Source: an uncultured Desulfobacteraceae bacterium
GTDB taxonomy: Bacteria > Desulfobacterota > Desulfobacteria > Desulfobacterales > 4572-123
DNA: 64,000 nucleotides
Assembly: GCA_964418755.1 (NCBI GenBank)
Contig: CAYQNS010000002.1
Location: 10,561 to 74,560 of the forward strand
Direction: 5' to 3'
Part shown: piece after piece, positions 44,951 through 54,025 of the stretch
Layout of the letters: every line of letters starts with the position of its first letter
How positions within the stretch are numbered: position 1 is the stretch's first letter
Position numbers and translations under genes: made by a program
Notes under the pieces: generated by a model
Databases searched by the model: none
Told to the model about the DNA's origin: nothing
What the model saw: only the letters and a program-made list of their open reading frames with translations

Positions 44951-45340
44951 ATGGAAGAAACAAAAGATTTTATCCTAAAAGAACAGCAAAAGAGTGAGGG
45001 ACAAGATGGGGCCGCGGAATCGGCGGATACGCCTGAGGGTGCCCCGACGGATCAGGAAACAGGCGGTACTGAAGGTTTTGACGAGGATTCTCAATTACCG
45101 GCGATTAATTTTGCCACTTTTATTTTTTCCCTGAACTCATCGGCCCTGGTACAGCTCGGAATAATGGATGACCCGAGCAGCGGCAAGAAGGTTAAAAATC
45201 TGTCGATAGCAAAACAAACCATCGATATCCTTGGAATGCTGGATGAAAAAACCAGGGGGAATCTGACTCGGGAAGAAGAGGATATGCTCAAACACATCCT
45301 CTATGATCTTCGAATCCTGTATGTAAAGGAAAGGAAATAA
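44951..45340 (+). CDS. DUF1844-domain protein
   Basis: It has an acidic N-terminus, then INFATFIFSL...ALVQLG...NL..AK..IDIL.ML..KT.GNL, which is typical of DUF1844. The start was trimmed to ATG 44951. Confidence 0.65.
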   Translation: MEETKDFILKEQQKSEGQDGAAESADTPEGAPTDQETGGTEGFDEDSQLPAINFATFIFSLNSSALVQLGIMDDPSSGKKVKNLSIAKQTIDILGMLDEKTRGNLTREEEDMLKHILYDLRILYVKERK

Positions 45341-45347
45341 CACCCGA

Positions 45348-46226
45348 GTGGTGACTGTGGAAACAAAACAGATTCCGTCCTTAAAACTTCCGGCACCGGC
45401 CAAAATAAATCTATTTTTGGCTGTAACGGGTAAAAGGCCGGATGGCTACCATGACTTGATCAGCCTTATGTGCACTGTCGGACTTCATGATACGCTTTCA
45501 CTTTCACTGGAACTGGGTGGAAACCGGATTCGGATTGTATGCAGCCATCCGGATGTTCCGGAAAATAAAACCAACCTGGCATGGCGGGCTGCCGATCTTT
45601 TTATGACAAACTTCAAGCGGCGGGACACGGTAACCATTACGATTGAAAAACGCATTCCCGTGGCCGCCGGACTGGGCGGCGGCAGCAGTGATGCCGCCGC
45701 AGTGCTGCTGGGGTTGAACCGCTTATATCAAACTCCTTTTTCGACAAAAAAATTAATGTCAATGGGACTTACCATTGGAGCGGACGTGCCTTTTTTTATA
45801 TATGGGAAACCATCTGTTGCCGGAGGTATCGGCGAGAAACTGGAACCCTGCACCGGACTTTGCCCCTACCCTGTTTTGCTGGTTTGCCCGAGAATCAATG
45901 TTTCAACCAGGGCGATTTATAAAAAACTGAATTTAGGATTGACAAAATGTGAAATAAAAATTAATAATTTCTTTTTTGGGGATCGGAATTTTGATGTACC
46001 ACACCATCTGTGCAATGATTTGGAAACGGTATCGGTGCCAAAATATCCAATTGTCCGAAAGGCCAAACAGTCTCTTTTAAGCAAGGGTGCCATGGGCGCT
46101 TTGATGTCAGGCAGCGGACCGGCTGTGTTTGGTCTGTTTTCCGATGCAGCCGCTGCGCACAGTGCCCGGCAATCTCTTGCAGATAATGAAGACTGGCTGG
46201 TTTATCTTACAAAGTTAATTGTTTAG
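45348..46226 (+). CDS. ispE: 4-diphosphocytidyl-2-C-methyl-D-erythritol kinase
   Basis: It contains APAKINLFLAV and the GHMP kinase motif PVAAGLGGGSSDAAA. Confidence 0.9.
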   Translation: MVTVETKQIPSLKLPAPAKINLFLAVTGKRPDGYHDLISLMCTVGLHDTLSLSLELGGNRIRIVCSHPDVPENKTNLAWRAADLFMTNFKRRDTVTITIEKRIPVAAGLGGGSSDAAAVLLGLNRLYQTPFSTKKLMSMGLTIGADVPFFIYGKPSVAGGIGEKLEPCTGLCPYPVLLVCPRINVSTRAIYKKLNLGLTKCEIKINNFFFGDRNFDVPHHLCNDLETVSVPKYPIVRKAKQSLLSKGAMGALMSGSGPAVFGLFSDAAAAHSARQSLADNEDWLVYLTKLIV

Positions 46227-46278
46227 GGGTAAGTATTTTCAACAAATGATATAAAAGGCAGCAATAAAAAAATATTAT

Positions 46279-46353
46279 TGGGGCGTCGTCAAGCGGTAAG
46301 ACACAGGACTTTGGTTCCTGCATTCGGAGGTTCGAATCCTCCCGCCCCAGCCA
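46279..46353 (+). tRNA. tRNA-Gln (anticodon UUG)
   Basis: A hand-folded cloverleaf gives: acceptor TGGGGCG/CGCCCCA, anticodon stem CAGGA/TCCTG with loop CTTTGGT, T-arm GGAGG-TTCGAAT-CCTCC, and an encoded CCA. Confidence 0.9.
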
Positions 46354-46383
46354 ATAATTTTAAAGTCCGCAACAGGTAGGATA

Positions 46384-47322
46384 ATGGTTGATTTTGCAAT
46401 ATTTACGGGGAATTCAAACCCTGTTCTGGCTAAAAAAATTTGTGACTATCTTGACATGCCTTTGGGCGGGGCAAAGGTCAAAACCTTCAGTGATGGTGAG
46501 ATTCAGATTGAAATTGATGAAAATGTAAGATCAAAGGATGTCTTTGTTATGCAGTCCACCTGTCGTCCGGTGAATGACAACCTGGTGGAACTACTGCTGA
46601 TGATTGATGCGTTCAAACGGTCCTCTGCCCGCAGGATAACCGCTGTTTTGCCCTACTACGGATATGCGCGACAAGACAAGAAGGTGGCGCCCAGGGTACC
46701 GATCAGCGCTAAACTGGTGGCTGATCTTATTACGACGGCCGGAGCCCACAGGGTGATTACAATGGACCTGCACGCCGGACAGATTCAGGGTTTTTTCAAT
46801 ATCCCGGTGGACAATCTTTTTGCAGCAGCGGTTCTCCTTGATTTTATACGGAATAATTTTTGCAATCATATCGTAATCGTCTCACCCGATGCCGGCGGCG
46901 TCGAAAGAGCCCGGGCCTTTGCAAAACGTCTCGGGGCTGATCTGGCGATTATTGATAAACGGCGTCCGGCTCCCAACCAGGCCAAGGCAATGGCTTTAAT
47001 CGGCAATGTTAAGGACAAAGTGGCAATCATTATGGATGACATGGTTGATACGGCAGGCACTTTGACCCAGGCTGCCGACGCCATTATGGCAGATGGCGCC
47101 ATGGAGGTGCATGCCTGCTGTTCCCATCCTGTGCTTTCGGGCCCGGCCATAGACAGAATTATTGATTCACCGCTGAAAAGCCTGATGGTTACCGACACCG
47201 TTCCGTTGAGCGGCAAGGCCTCGGTATGTGATAAAATAATCGTATTGAGTATTGCTAAACTGGTGGGAGAAGCCATTGTTCGAAGCTATAAAGGAGATTC
47301 GGTAACGTCTCTTTTTGTATAA
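46384..47322 (+). CDS. prs: ribose-phosphate pyrophosphokinase
   Basis: It has the PRPP-binding motif ([12 protein letters not shown]) and the YARQD motif. Confidence 0.95.
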   Translation: MVDFAIFTGNSNPVLAKKICDYLDMPLGGAKVKTFSDGEIQIEIDENVRSKDVFVMQSTCRPVNDNLVELLLMIDAFKRSSARRITAVLPYYGYARQDKKVAPRVPISAKLVADLITTAGAHRVITMDLHAGQIQGFFNIPVDNLFAAAVLLDFIRNNFCNHIVIVSPDAGGVERARAFAKRLGADLAIIDKRRPAPNQAKAMALIGNVKDKVAIIMDDMVDTAGTLTQAADAIMADGAMEVHACCSHPVLSGPAIDRIIDSPLKSLMVTDTVPLSGKASVCDKIIVLSIAKLVGEAIVRSYKGDSVTSLFV

Positions 47323-47359
47323 TACGAAATAAAAAAAGTTTTTTAAGGAGGAAATATTT

Positions 47360-48010
47360 TTGGAGTTAATTAAATTTAAAGCAAATATCCGAACACAGAC
47401 CGGAAACGGCCCCGGCCGGGTCCTGCGCAGAGACGGCAAAATGCCGGCCGTGCTTTACGGCCCGAATACCGAGCCCGTCTTACTGTCAGTCGACATAAAA
47501 GAACTGAAGCAGATCCTGCGTGAAAGCAAAGGTGCCCAGGTGATTCTGGAACTGGTTATTCAAGATAAAGAGACATCAAGTAGAACCGCTATACTCAAGG
47601 AACTGCAGACCCATCCTGTTTCGCAAAATTATCTGCATGCCGATTTTTATGAAATTGCCATGGACCGCAAGATCAAAGTCAACGTTCCGGTTGTGGCCAC
47701 CGGCAAATCCGTGGGCGTTGAAATGGGCGGTATGCTGCAGGTTATCCGAAGGGAACTGGAAGTCATGTGTCTGCCGCTTCATATTCCGGAAGCCATTGAA
47801 ATCGATATTACGGATCTGGATATCGGTGATTCCGTTCATGTGGATGAGATCCCTCTGGAAGGGGATGTCGAAATTCCAACCGATGTTAATTTTACTGTAT
47901 TGACAATCCTGAGCCCGGCCAAAGAACCGGAGGTCGAGGAAGATGAAGAGGAAGAAGTCGAAGAGGGCGCTGAAGAGGAAGAGGCTTCAACGGCTGATGC
48001 CGAAAAATAA
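47360..48010 (+). CDS. rplY: 50S ribosomal protein L25 / general stress protein Ctc (long form, acidic tail)
   Basis: It has a TTG start with AGGAGG upstream and reads R...G....R..G..PAV.YG. It sits in the conserved prs-rplY-pth arrangement. Confidence 0.9.
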   Translation: MELIKFKANIRTQTGNGPGRVLRRDGKMPAVLYGPNTEPVLLSVDIKELKQILRESKGAQVILELVIQDKETSSRTAILKELQTHPVSQNYLHADFYEIAMDRKIKVNVPVVATGKSVGVEMGGMLQVIRRELEVMCLPLHIPEAIEIDITDLDIGDSVHVDEIPLEGDVEIPTDVNFTVLTILSPAKEPEVEEDEEEEVEEGAEEEEASTADAEK

Positions 48011-48128
48011 TCCTTTTCTACCGTATTTGACCACAGGCACTTGATTTATGGGGCAGTGTTTTGGCATAGGAACCATGCGACGGCTTTTTTCCTCAAGAGG
48101 CAATGATTTCTGCAAAAATGAAGGACAA

Positions 48129-48722
48129 ATGCTCGGCGACAGGCTCCGCCTTGTTGCGGGCCTTGGTAATCCAGGAATCGAATACCAAAACACCCGCCAT
48201 AACGTCGGTTTCATGGCCGCTGAAAAGATAGCCGCTGCATACGCGATTGACTTTGATACCAAAAAATTCGGGGCTCTTTGGGGAACCGGGGTGATTGAAG
48301 GCATTCGTGTTGTGCTGTTCAAACCACAGATGTATATGAACCGCAGCGGTCTGCCGATTTTCAGGGCAGCCGAACATTTCAAAATATCAAGCAGGGATAT
48401 ATTGGTTGTTCATGATGATATAGACCTTGCTTTCGGAAGAATAAAAATAAAACAGAAAGGAGGAACAGGGGGACATAAGGGTATTCGTTCGTTAATAGAT
48501 GCTTTTGGCGGGGGAGAATTTACCAGACTTCGCATCGGCATCGGGCGTGACTGCGGACAATCCGGGGATGCAAGTGTAACGGATCACGTTCTGGGCAGTT
48601 TCAGCGAGGATGAAATTAGATACCTGGACCCGATCCTGAAAAAAACCCTGGAGGCCGTTGTTACGATCCTCTCCGAAGGAATACTGGAGGGAATGAATCG
48701 TTTCAACAAGAGGAAGGTATGA
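48129..48722 (+). CDS. pth: peptidyl-tRNA hydrolase
   Basis: MLGDRLRLVAGLGNPG..Y..TRHNVGF is the canonical N-terminus, and GAAGGA lies upstream of ATG 48129. The ORF-track start at 48048 was trimmed. Confidence 0.9.
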   Translation: MLGDRLRLVAGLGNPGIEYQNTRHNVGFMAAEKIAAAYAIDFDTKKFGALWGTGVIEGIRVVLFKPQMYMNRSGLPIFRAAEHFKISSRDILVVHDDIDLAFGRIKIKQKGGTGGHKGIRSLIDAFGGGEFTRLRIGIGRDCGQSGDASVTDHVLGSFSEDEIRYLDPILKKTLEAVVTILSEGILEGMNRFNKRKV

Positions 48723-48741
48723 TTTTACGTTAATCAATTAG

Positions 48742-50763
48742 ATGGAGGAAAGAATGGAAGCTGTATTAAATAATCTACCGTTGTATTGTGCGATGGTTGG
48801 TGTTGTGGGCGTAATTTTTGCCATAATACTCGCCGTTTCTGTCAAAAGTGCACCGGCCGGCGATGAAAAAATGCAGGAGATTGCCGGAGCTATTAAGGAA
48901 GGCGCCATTGCCTATCTGAACCGTCAGATGAAAAGCATGGGAATTGCCGGTGTTATTATATTTATTATTATTTTTGCCACGTTAGGTGCCACGACCGCCA
49001 TTGGTTTTCTGATTGGCGCAGTGGCGTCCTTTATAGCCGGCTACATTGGAATGCGGGTGTCCGTAATTGCCAATGTCAGGACGGCGGAAGCAGCCAAAAA
49101 GGGAATGGCTGCGGGCCTTGCAATGGCTTTCAAGGGCGGATCGGTCACCGGTATGATCGTTGCCGGTCTGGCACTGTCTTCAGTTGCCGGCTATTATGCG
49201 TTTACTCATGATGTGATAGCCCTTGTAGCCTTAGGGTTTGGCGGAAGCCTGATCTCCATATTTGCCAGGCTTGGCGGCGGTATCTTCACCAAGGGCGCCG
49301 ATGTGGGCGCTGACCTGGTGGGCAAGGTCGAGGCAGGAATCCCCGAGGATGATCCGCGCAACCCGGCTACCATTGCCGATAATGTCGGCGACAACGTGGG
49401 GGACTGCGCCGGAATGGCGGCCGACCTTTTCGAGACCTATGCAGTTACGGCTGTGGCTGCCATGCTCATCGGTCACCTGCTTTTCCCCGAGATTCCCATG
49501 GCAGTCGAATTTCCGCTGATGCTGGGCGCCATCTCCATTATCGCCTCCATTATTGCCGTATTTTTCGTACGGCTCGGCAAGAGCGAATATATCATGGGCG
49601 CCCTCTACAAGGGGATGTTCGGTGCCGCTATCATCGCGGGCGTTGCCTTTTATTATGCCTGCACCCGGTTCATGGGTGACCTGGGTGATATCAGTGCGAT
49701 GAATATCTATTACTGCACGCTGATCGGTCTGGTGCTGACCGTTGTAATTGTTATTATTACTGAATTTTACACGGGGATCTACAGCCCGGTAAAGAGCATC
49801 GCAGAAGCCTCCACCACCGGACACGGCACCAACATCATCGCCGGTCTGGCCGTTTCCATGCAGGCTACTGCAGCCCCGGTTCTGGCCATCTGCCTGGCCA
49901 TCTTTATGTCCTATAATTTTGCCGGCATCTATGGTCTTGCCATGGCCGCCATGTCCATGCTTTCCATGACCGGTATGGTGATTGCTATTGACGCCTACGG
50001 CCCCATCACCGACAATGCCGGCGGCATCGCCGAGATGGCCGGGATGGATGAGAGTGTCCGTGCCGTGACCGATCCTCTGGATGCGGTAGGCAACACCACC
50101 AAGGCCGTTACCAAGGGATACGCCATTGGATCAGCCGCTTTGGCCGCCCTGGTTCTTTTTGCCGCTTATGTGCAGGAATTCACAATCCACGGCGCCGAAG
50201 AGGGTATCAAATTCGATCTGGCCGATGTCAACGTTCTTATCGGTCTGTTTATCGGCGGACTGCTGCCCTACCTGTTTGCCTCCATTGCCATGAAGGCCGT
50301 TGGAAATGCAGGCGGCGCGGTTGTTGAAGAAGTGCGTCGTCAGTTCCGTGAAATCCCCGGAATCATGGAAGGAACCGCAAAACCCGATTACGGTGCATGT
50401 GTGGATATTGTCACCAAATTCGCCCTCAAGGAGATGCTGATGCCGGCACTGCTGCCTATTATTGCGCCTCTTCTGGTTGGTTTCCTGCTCGGCAAAGTCG
50501 CCCTGGGCGGTCTGTTGATCGGCTCCATTGTTACCGGCGTGTTTCTCGCGCTGTCCATGACCACCGGCGGCGCTGCCTGGGATAATGCGAAAAAATATAT
50601 TGAAGACGGTCACCTGGGTGGTAAAGGCAGCGAAGCTCACAAAGCTGCAGTTACCGGCGACACAGTCGGCGATCCTTATAAGGATACCGCAGGTCCGGCC
50701 ATTAACCCGATGATCAAAATTCTGAATGTTGTTGCACTGCTCATGGTTCCCTTTCTGCTGTAA
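48742..50763 (+). CDS. hppA: membrane-integral proton-translocating pyrophosphatase (K+-independent signature)
   Basis: The 673-aa polytopic protein has [19 protein letters not shown] and DNVGDNVGD motifs. It carries [10 protein letters not shown] (Lys/Thr variant). Confidence 0.95.
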   Translation: MEERMEAVLNNLPLYCAMVGVVGVIFAIILAVSVKSAPAGDEKMQEIAGAIKEGAIAYLNRQMKSMGIAGVIIFIIIFATLGATTAIGFLIGAVASFIAGYIGMRVSVIANVRTAEAAKKGMAAGLAMAFKGGSVTGMIVAGLALSSVAGYYAFTHDVIALVALGFGGSLISIFARLGGGIFTKGADVGADLVGKVEAGIPEDDPRNPATIADNVGDNVGDCAGMAADLFETYAVTAVAAMLIGHLLFPEIPMAVEFPLMLGAISIIASIIAVFFVRLGKSEYIMGALYKGMFGAAIIAGVAFYYACTRFMGDLGDISAMNIYYCTLIGLVLTVVIVIITEFYTGIYSPVKSIAEASTTGHGTNIIAGLAVSMQATAAPVLAICLAIFMSYNFAGIYGLAMAAMSMLSMTGMVIAIDAYGPITDNAGGIAEMAGMDESVRAVTDPLDAVGNTTKAVTKGYAIGSAALAALVLFAAYVQEFTIHGAEEGIKFDLADVNVLIGLFIGGLLPYLFASIAMKAVGNAGGAVVEEVRRQFREIPGIMEGTAKPDYGACVDIVTKFALKEMLMPALLPIIAPLLVGFLLGKVALGGLLIGSIVTGVFLALSMTTGGAAWDNAKKYIEDGHLGGKGSEAHKAAVTGDTVGDPYKDTAGPAINPMIKILNVVALLMVPFLL

Positions 50764-50810
50764 AAAGGTACCTGCAGCAATCAGAATATGATTGCACTGT
50801 AAAAATAAAA

Positions 50811-50843
50811 AGGATTGGTGCTTTTTTGCACCAATCCTTTTTT
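50811..50843 (+). terminator. intrinsic terminator after hppA
   Basis: AGGATTGGTGC-tttttt-GCACCAATCCT forms a perfect 11-bp stem followed by TTTTT. Confidence 0.85.
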
Positions 50844-50924
50844 ATTGATTGTTATCGGCAGGTGTGGTATTATTCAGTACTCAATCGAAATCACTTCACA
50901 TATTTTTTTTACTATTGCCGTGAA

Positions 50925-51500
50925 ATGGGCCTCGAAATAACGGATAAAACAACAGGAGATAAATTGGAAACTCCAAAACCACAATCCCGGGAGTTTAAAG
51001 TCGGTGACCTGGCGGTTTATCCCGCCCATGGCGTAGGACGGATTGAATCTATCGAAAGCCGGATGGTAAACGGTGAGACTCATGACTTCTATATTATGAA
51101 AATTCTGGAAAACGGCATGGTGATCATGATTCCAACCTCCAATGTGGAATCTGTAGGATTGCGGAACGTAATCAAAAAAAAGGATATCCCAAAAATTTTT
51201 GCCGTCATTCAGGACAATCGTGACAATTTGATTGACAAGCAAACCTGGAACCGCCGTTACCGAGAATACATGGAAAAAATCAAAACCGGATCGCTTTACG
51301 AGGTGGCAGAGGTTTTCAGGGATCTTTATCTTTTGAAATACACAAAGGATCTGTCTTTTGGAGAACGCAAGCTGTTTGATACAGCCCAGATTCTGCTGGT
51401 AAAAGAACTTTCCACTGCCCGCGATGCAGATGAAAAATCAATTCTTGAAGAAATAATCGCACTATTTCCTGCTCCTCCAGAGGATGAAGAATCCGCCTGA
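50925..51500 (+). CDS. carD: CarD/CdnL-family RNA-polymerase-binding regulator
   Basis: FKVGDLAVYPAHGVGRIESIE matches the CarD_CdnL_TRCF domain. The start is uncertain because there is no clear SD, and the ORF-track start at 50826 overlaps the hppA terminator. Confidence 0.8.
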   Translation: MGLEITDKTTGDKLETPKPQSREFKVGDLAVYPAHGVGRIESIESRMVNGETHDFYIMKILENGMVIMIPTSNVESVGLRNVIKKKDIPKIFAVIQDNRDNLIDKQTWNRRYREYMEKIKTGSLYEVAEVFRDLYLLKYTKDLSFGERKLFDTAQILLVKELSTARDADEKSILEEIIALFPAPPEDEESA

Positions 51501-51509
51501 TCAGCAAAC

Positions 51510-52493
51510 ATGTCCGCAAAAAATGTTTTTACGATTATAGCAGATAAATTGGATTCAGGCGAGCGTCTTGATGTCACTGTAGCGCATCATGTTACGGATT
51601 GCTCCCGTTCACAAAGTGCCCGAGTGATCAAGATGGGAAATATAACGGTTCACGGTTTATCCAGAAAACCGGGCTACCGTGTGCTGGACGGCGATATCAT
51701 CCATATCTGTTTTCCACCTCCTTCTAAAATTTCCTGTGAACCGGAAGATATCCCCATCGAAATCCTGTATGAAGATGATCAGCTTATTGTGGTCAACAAG
51801 CAGCCGGGGATCGTTGTTCATCCGGCTCCGGGACATTATTCGGGAACGCTGGTGAACGGACTGCTGAATTATTGCCCTTTTCTGGAAGGCATCGGCGGGG
51901 AAATGCGGCCGGGGATCGTTCATCGGCTGGACAAGGATACATCCGGAGCTCTGGTTATAGCCAAAAATGACAAGGCCCATCAAAATCTTTCCGCACAATT
52001 CAAATCCCGGCAGGTGAAAAAAACCTATCTTGCACTGGTCCACGGTGAAATAAAAGATGAATCCGGAAAAATCGTGCTTTCCATCGGCCGCCACCCGGTT
52101 GACCGAAAGCGGATGTCTACCCATAGCCGTCACGCAAGGGAGGCCCGGACATTGTGGAAAGTGCGGGAGCGGTTCCCGGGTCTAACGCTCCTTGGAGTTG
52201 ATCTGAAGACCGGTCGGACCCACCAGATAAGGGTGCATTGCGCCGCCATGGGGCACTGTGTGGTCGGGGATGCGGTTTACTGCAGCCGCAGGAAAAATAA
52301 ATATGCGGGTATAAGCGGAACCGGGGAGACGTTGAAAAGTATTCAAAGTGTTTCACGGCAGATGCTTCACGCCCGACACCTGGGTTTTAACCACCCCGTC
52401 TCCAATCAATGGATGCATTTTGAAGCACCTGTTGCTCAGGATATGGCAAGGCTGCTGGCAGCATTGCGATCGGTCACCTCACACCTTTTTTGA
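51510..52493 (+). CDS. rluD: RluA-family 23S rRNA pseudouridine synthase (RluD-like)
   Basis: It has an N-terminal S4 domain and the catalytic motif HRLDKDTSG. Confidence 0.9.
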   Translation: MSAKNVFTIIADKLDSGERLDVTVAHHVTDCSRSQSARVIKMGNITVHGLSRKPGYRVLDGDIIHICFPPPSKISCEPEDIPIEILYEDDQLIVVNKQPGIVVHPAPGHYSGTLVNGLLNYCPFLEGIGGEMRPGIVHRLDKDTSGALVIAKNDKAHQNLSAQFKSRQVKKTYLALVHGEIKDESGKIVLSIGRHPVDRKRMSTHSRHAREARTLWKVRERFPGLTLLGVDLKTGRTHQIRVHCAAMGHCVVGDAVYCSRRKNKYAGISGTGETLKSIQSVSRQMLHARHLGFNHPVSNQWMHFEAPVAQDMARLLAALRSVTSHLF

Positions 52494-52548
52494 CATAGGC
52501 CGATTCCCGGCTTATTTTTCCGGCAGCACCCAAGCATAAGATTTTCAT
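52492..52548 (-). pseudogene. 19-codon N-terminal relic of a paralogue of the saccharopine-dehydrogenase-like gene at 59380..60549
   Basis: 52500-52548 matches 60501-60549 at 45 of 49 nt. It encodes MKILCLGAAGKISRES, the same as the full gene. Similarity continues weakly for 3 more codons and then stops at the rluD stop codon. Confidence 0.7.
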
Positions 52549-52593
52549 AAAATTTATCATCCTATGTATTACAAAATTTATCGCTAAATTTTA

Positions 52594-52622
52594 TTGACAT
52601 CAAACCGCGGATAGTCTAAATA
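52594..52622 (+). promoter_or_regulatory. near-consensus sigma70-type promoter TTGACA-N17-TAAATA
   Basis: TTGACA lies at 52594-52599 and TAAATA at 52617-52622, with exactly 17 nt between them. It points toward the 21-codon ORF. Confidence 0.45.
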
Positions 52623-52767
52623 CGCGTCTTTAAAAATAGTTTGGCTGCATAGAAAAAATCGGTGAAATTGAAGAAAAAATATTTTGATCCGGCGGGAAAA
52701 CGATACCCGTTAAAGGCAAAATCGTTGTCTACCGCCGGAGATTTAAAAAAAATGGAGGTAAATTAAT

Positions 52768-52833
52768 ATGAGACTTATTGATATTCTGGTTGACGCATTG
52801 GTCGACACTCTGAACAGCATTTTCAAGGCATGA
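52768..52833 (+). CDS. candidate micro-ORF (21 aa, MRLIDILVDALVDTLNSIFKA)
   Basis: GGAGGT lies 8 nt upstream of the ATG. It has its own promoter about 145 nt upstream and a stem CCGGCGG...CCGCCGG in the leader. It is followed by hairpins. The peptide looks like an amphipathic helix. Confidence 0.35.
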   Translation: MRLIDILVDALVDTLNSIFKA

Positions 52834-52858
52834 CCCGAAGCTGTTTCGGCTTGAAGAA

Positions 52859-52891
52859 GGAATCGGCGGGCAAAGCAAGCCTGCCGATTCC
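52859..52891 (-). terminator. strong hairpin between the convergent micro-ORF and the ABC ATPase gene (likely operon terminator)
   Basis: GGAATCGGCgGGC-aaagcaa-GCCtGCCGATTCC forms a 13-bp stem with one mismatch. On the minus strand it is followed by UUCUUC. Confidence 0.55.
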
Positions 52892-52927
52892 ATCCCATAA
52901 GGTTGGCCGCCTATCTCAATTTTATTT

Positions 52928-54022
52928 TTACTTTTTCTTTTTTTTTAGCGCGTGTACGGTGCGCGGCACGGTAATTTTGACTTCATCGTTTTTTCTGAAC
53001 TGCTGTGAACCGGCTGGATTGTACTGGTCCACGACCATTTCCTTATCTCCGAATTTGACCGTATATTTTGCAAGATTGCCCGCGTACATACGGCTGAGTA
53101 TCATGCCGTGAAACGTATTGGTACGCTGAGTACCTTTTGATGGTGAAAGAGATACGGTTTCAGGCCGGATCACGAGCACCACGGCATCCCCCTTTTCAAG
53201 CGGTTCCCGGCCGCGGTCCAGTTTGATATCACCATACTCGGTAGTCACGTGACAGGTGTTTTCCTCCATCGATGCTACCCGGCCTTCCAGGAAATTAACA
53301 TACCCAACGAACCCGGCAATAAATTCATTGGCCGGCTGATCGTAAATATCTATGGGAGACCCGATCTGTTGAATGACACCGTCACTGAGTACCAGGATGC
53401 GATCAGAAATACTCATGGCTTCATACTGGTCGTGGGTCACAAATATGGTGGTGACGCCGATTCTCTCCTGAATATTGCGGATTTCTTCACGCATAACCAC
53501 TCGCAGATTGGCATCCAGATTGGATAACGGCTCGTCAAGCAAAAGAACTTTAGGTTCTAATGCCAGTGCCCTGGCAAGAGCGACCCGTTGCTGCTGGCCG
53601 CCGCTGATCCGGTCGATGGTGCGTTCGCCAAAGCCTTCCATGAAAACCAGGGAAAGGAGTTCCTCCACACGGGTATCGATTTTTTTCTTGGGCCATTTTT
53701 GAAGCTTAAGACCAAATCCGATATTTTTTGCCACGGTCATATGGGGAAAAAGCGCATAACTTTGAAAAACCATTTTTGTATCCCGCATGTTCGGCGGCAA
53801 TCCGCTGATATCTTCGCCGTCTAAAATCACGCCTCCGGAAGTCAGTTCGGTAAAACCGCCGATAATTCTTAGCAGCGTTGTCTTTCCGCATCCGCTTGGA
53901 CCTACAAATGTCAGCAATTCGCCTTTTTTTACCTCTGCTGAAATACCCTTGAGTACTTCCACATCACCAAAATTTTTATAAATATCCTCCAGTGCCAACA
54001 TCGGTTTTTCCTGCGAATTCAT
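52928..54022 (-). CDS. ABC transporter ATP-binding protein (PotA/FbpC-type with C-terminal TOBE-like domain)
   Basis: It has a Walker A (GPSGCGKTT), the signature ISGGQQQRVALARAL and a Walker B (LLLDEPLS). It ends in a Lys run. Confidence 0.9.
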   Translation of the reverse strand: MNSQEKPMLALEDIYKNFGDVEVLKGISAEVKKGELLTFVGPSGCGKTTLLRIIGGFTELTSGGVILDGEDISGLPPNMRDTKMVFQSYALFPHMTVAKNIGFGLKLQKWPKKKIDTRVEELLSLVFMEGFGERTIDRISGGQQQRVALARALALEPKVLLLDEPLSNLDANLRVVMREEIRNIQERIGVTTIFVTHDQYEAMSISDRILVLSDGVIQQIGSPIDIYDQPANEFIAGFVGYVNFLEGRVASMEENTCHVTTEYGDIKLDRGREPLEKGDAVVLVIRPETVSLSPSKGTQRTNTFHGMILSRMYAGNLAKYTVKFGDKEMVVDQYNPAGSQQFRKNDEVKITVPRTVHALKKKKK

Positions 54023-54025
54023 TTA

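Noticed and set aside
52934-52946. The T9 (A9 on the coding strand) homopolymer at the 3' end of the ABC ATPase gene as a phase-variation tract.
   Set aside because: It encodes the terminal Lys run just before the stop codon. Slippage there would change only the last few residues, so a switch function is unlikely.
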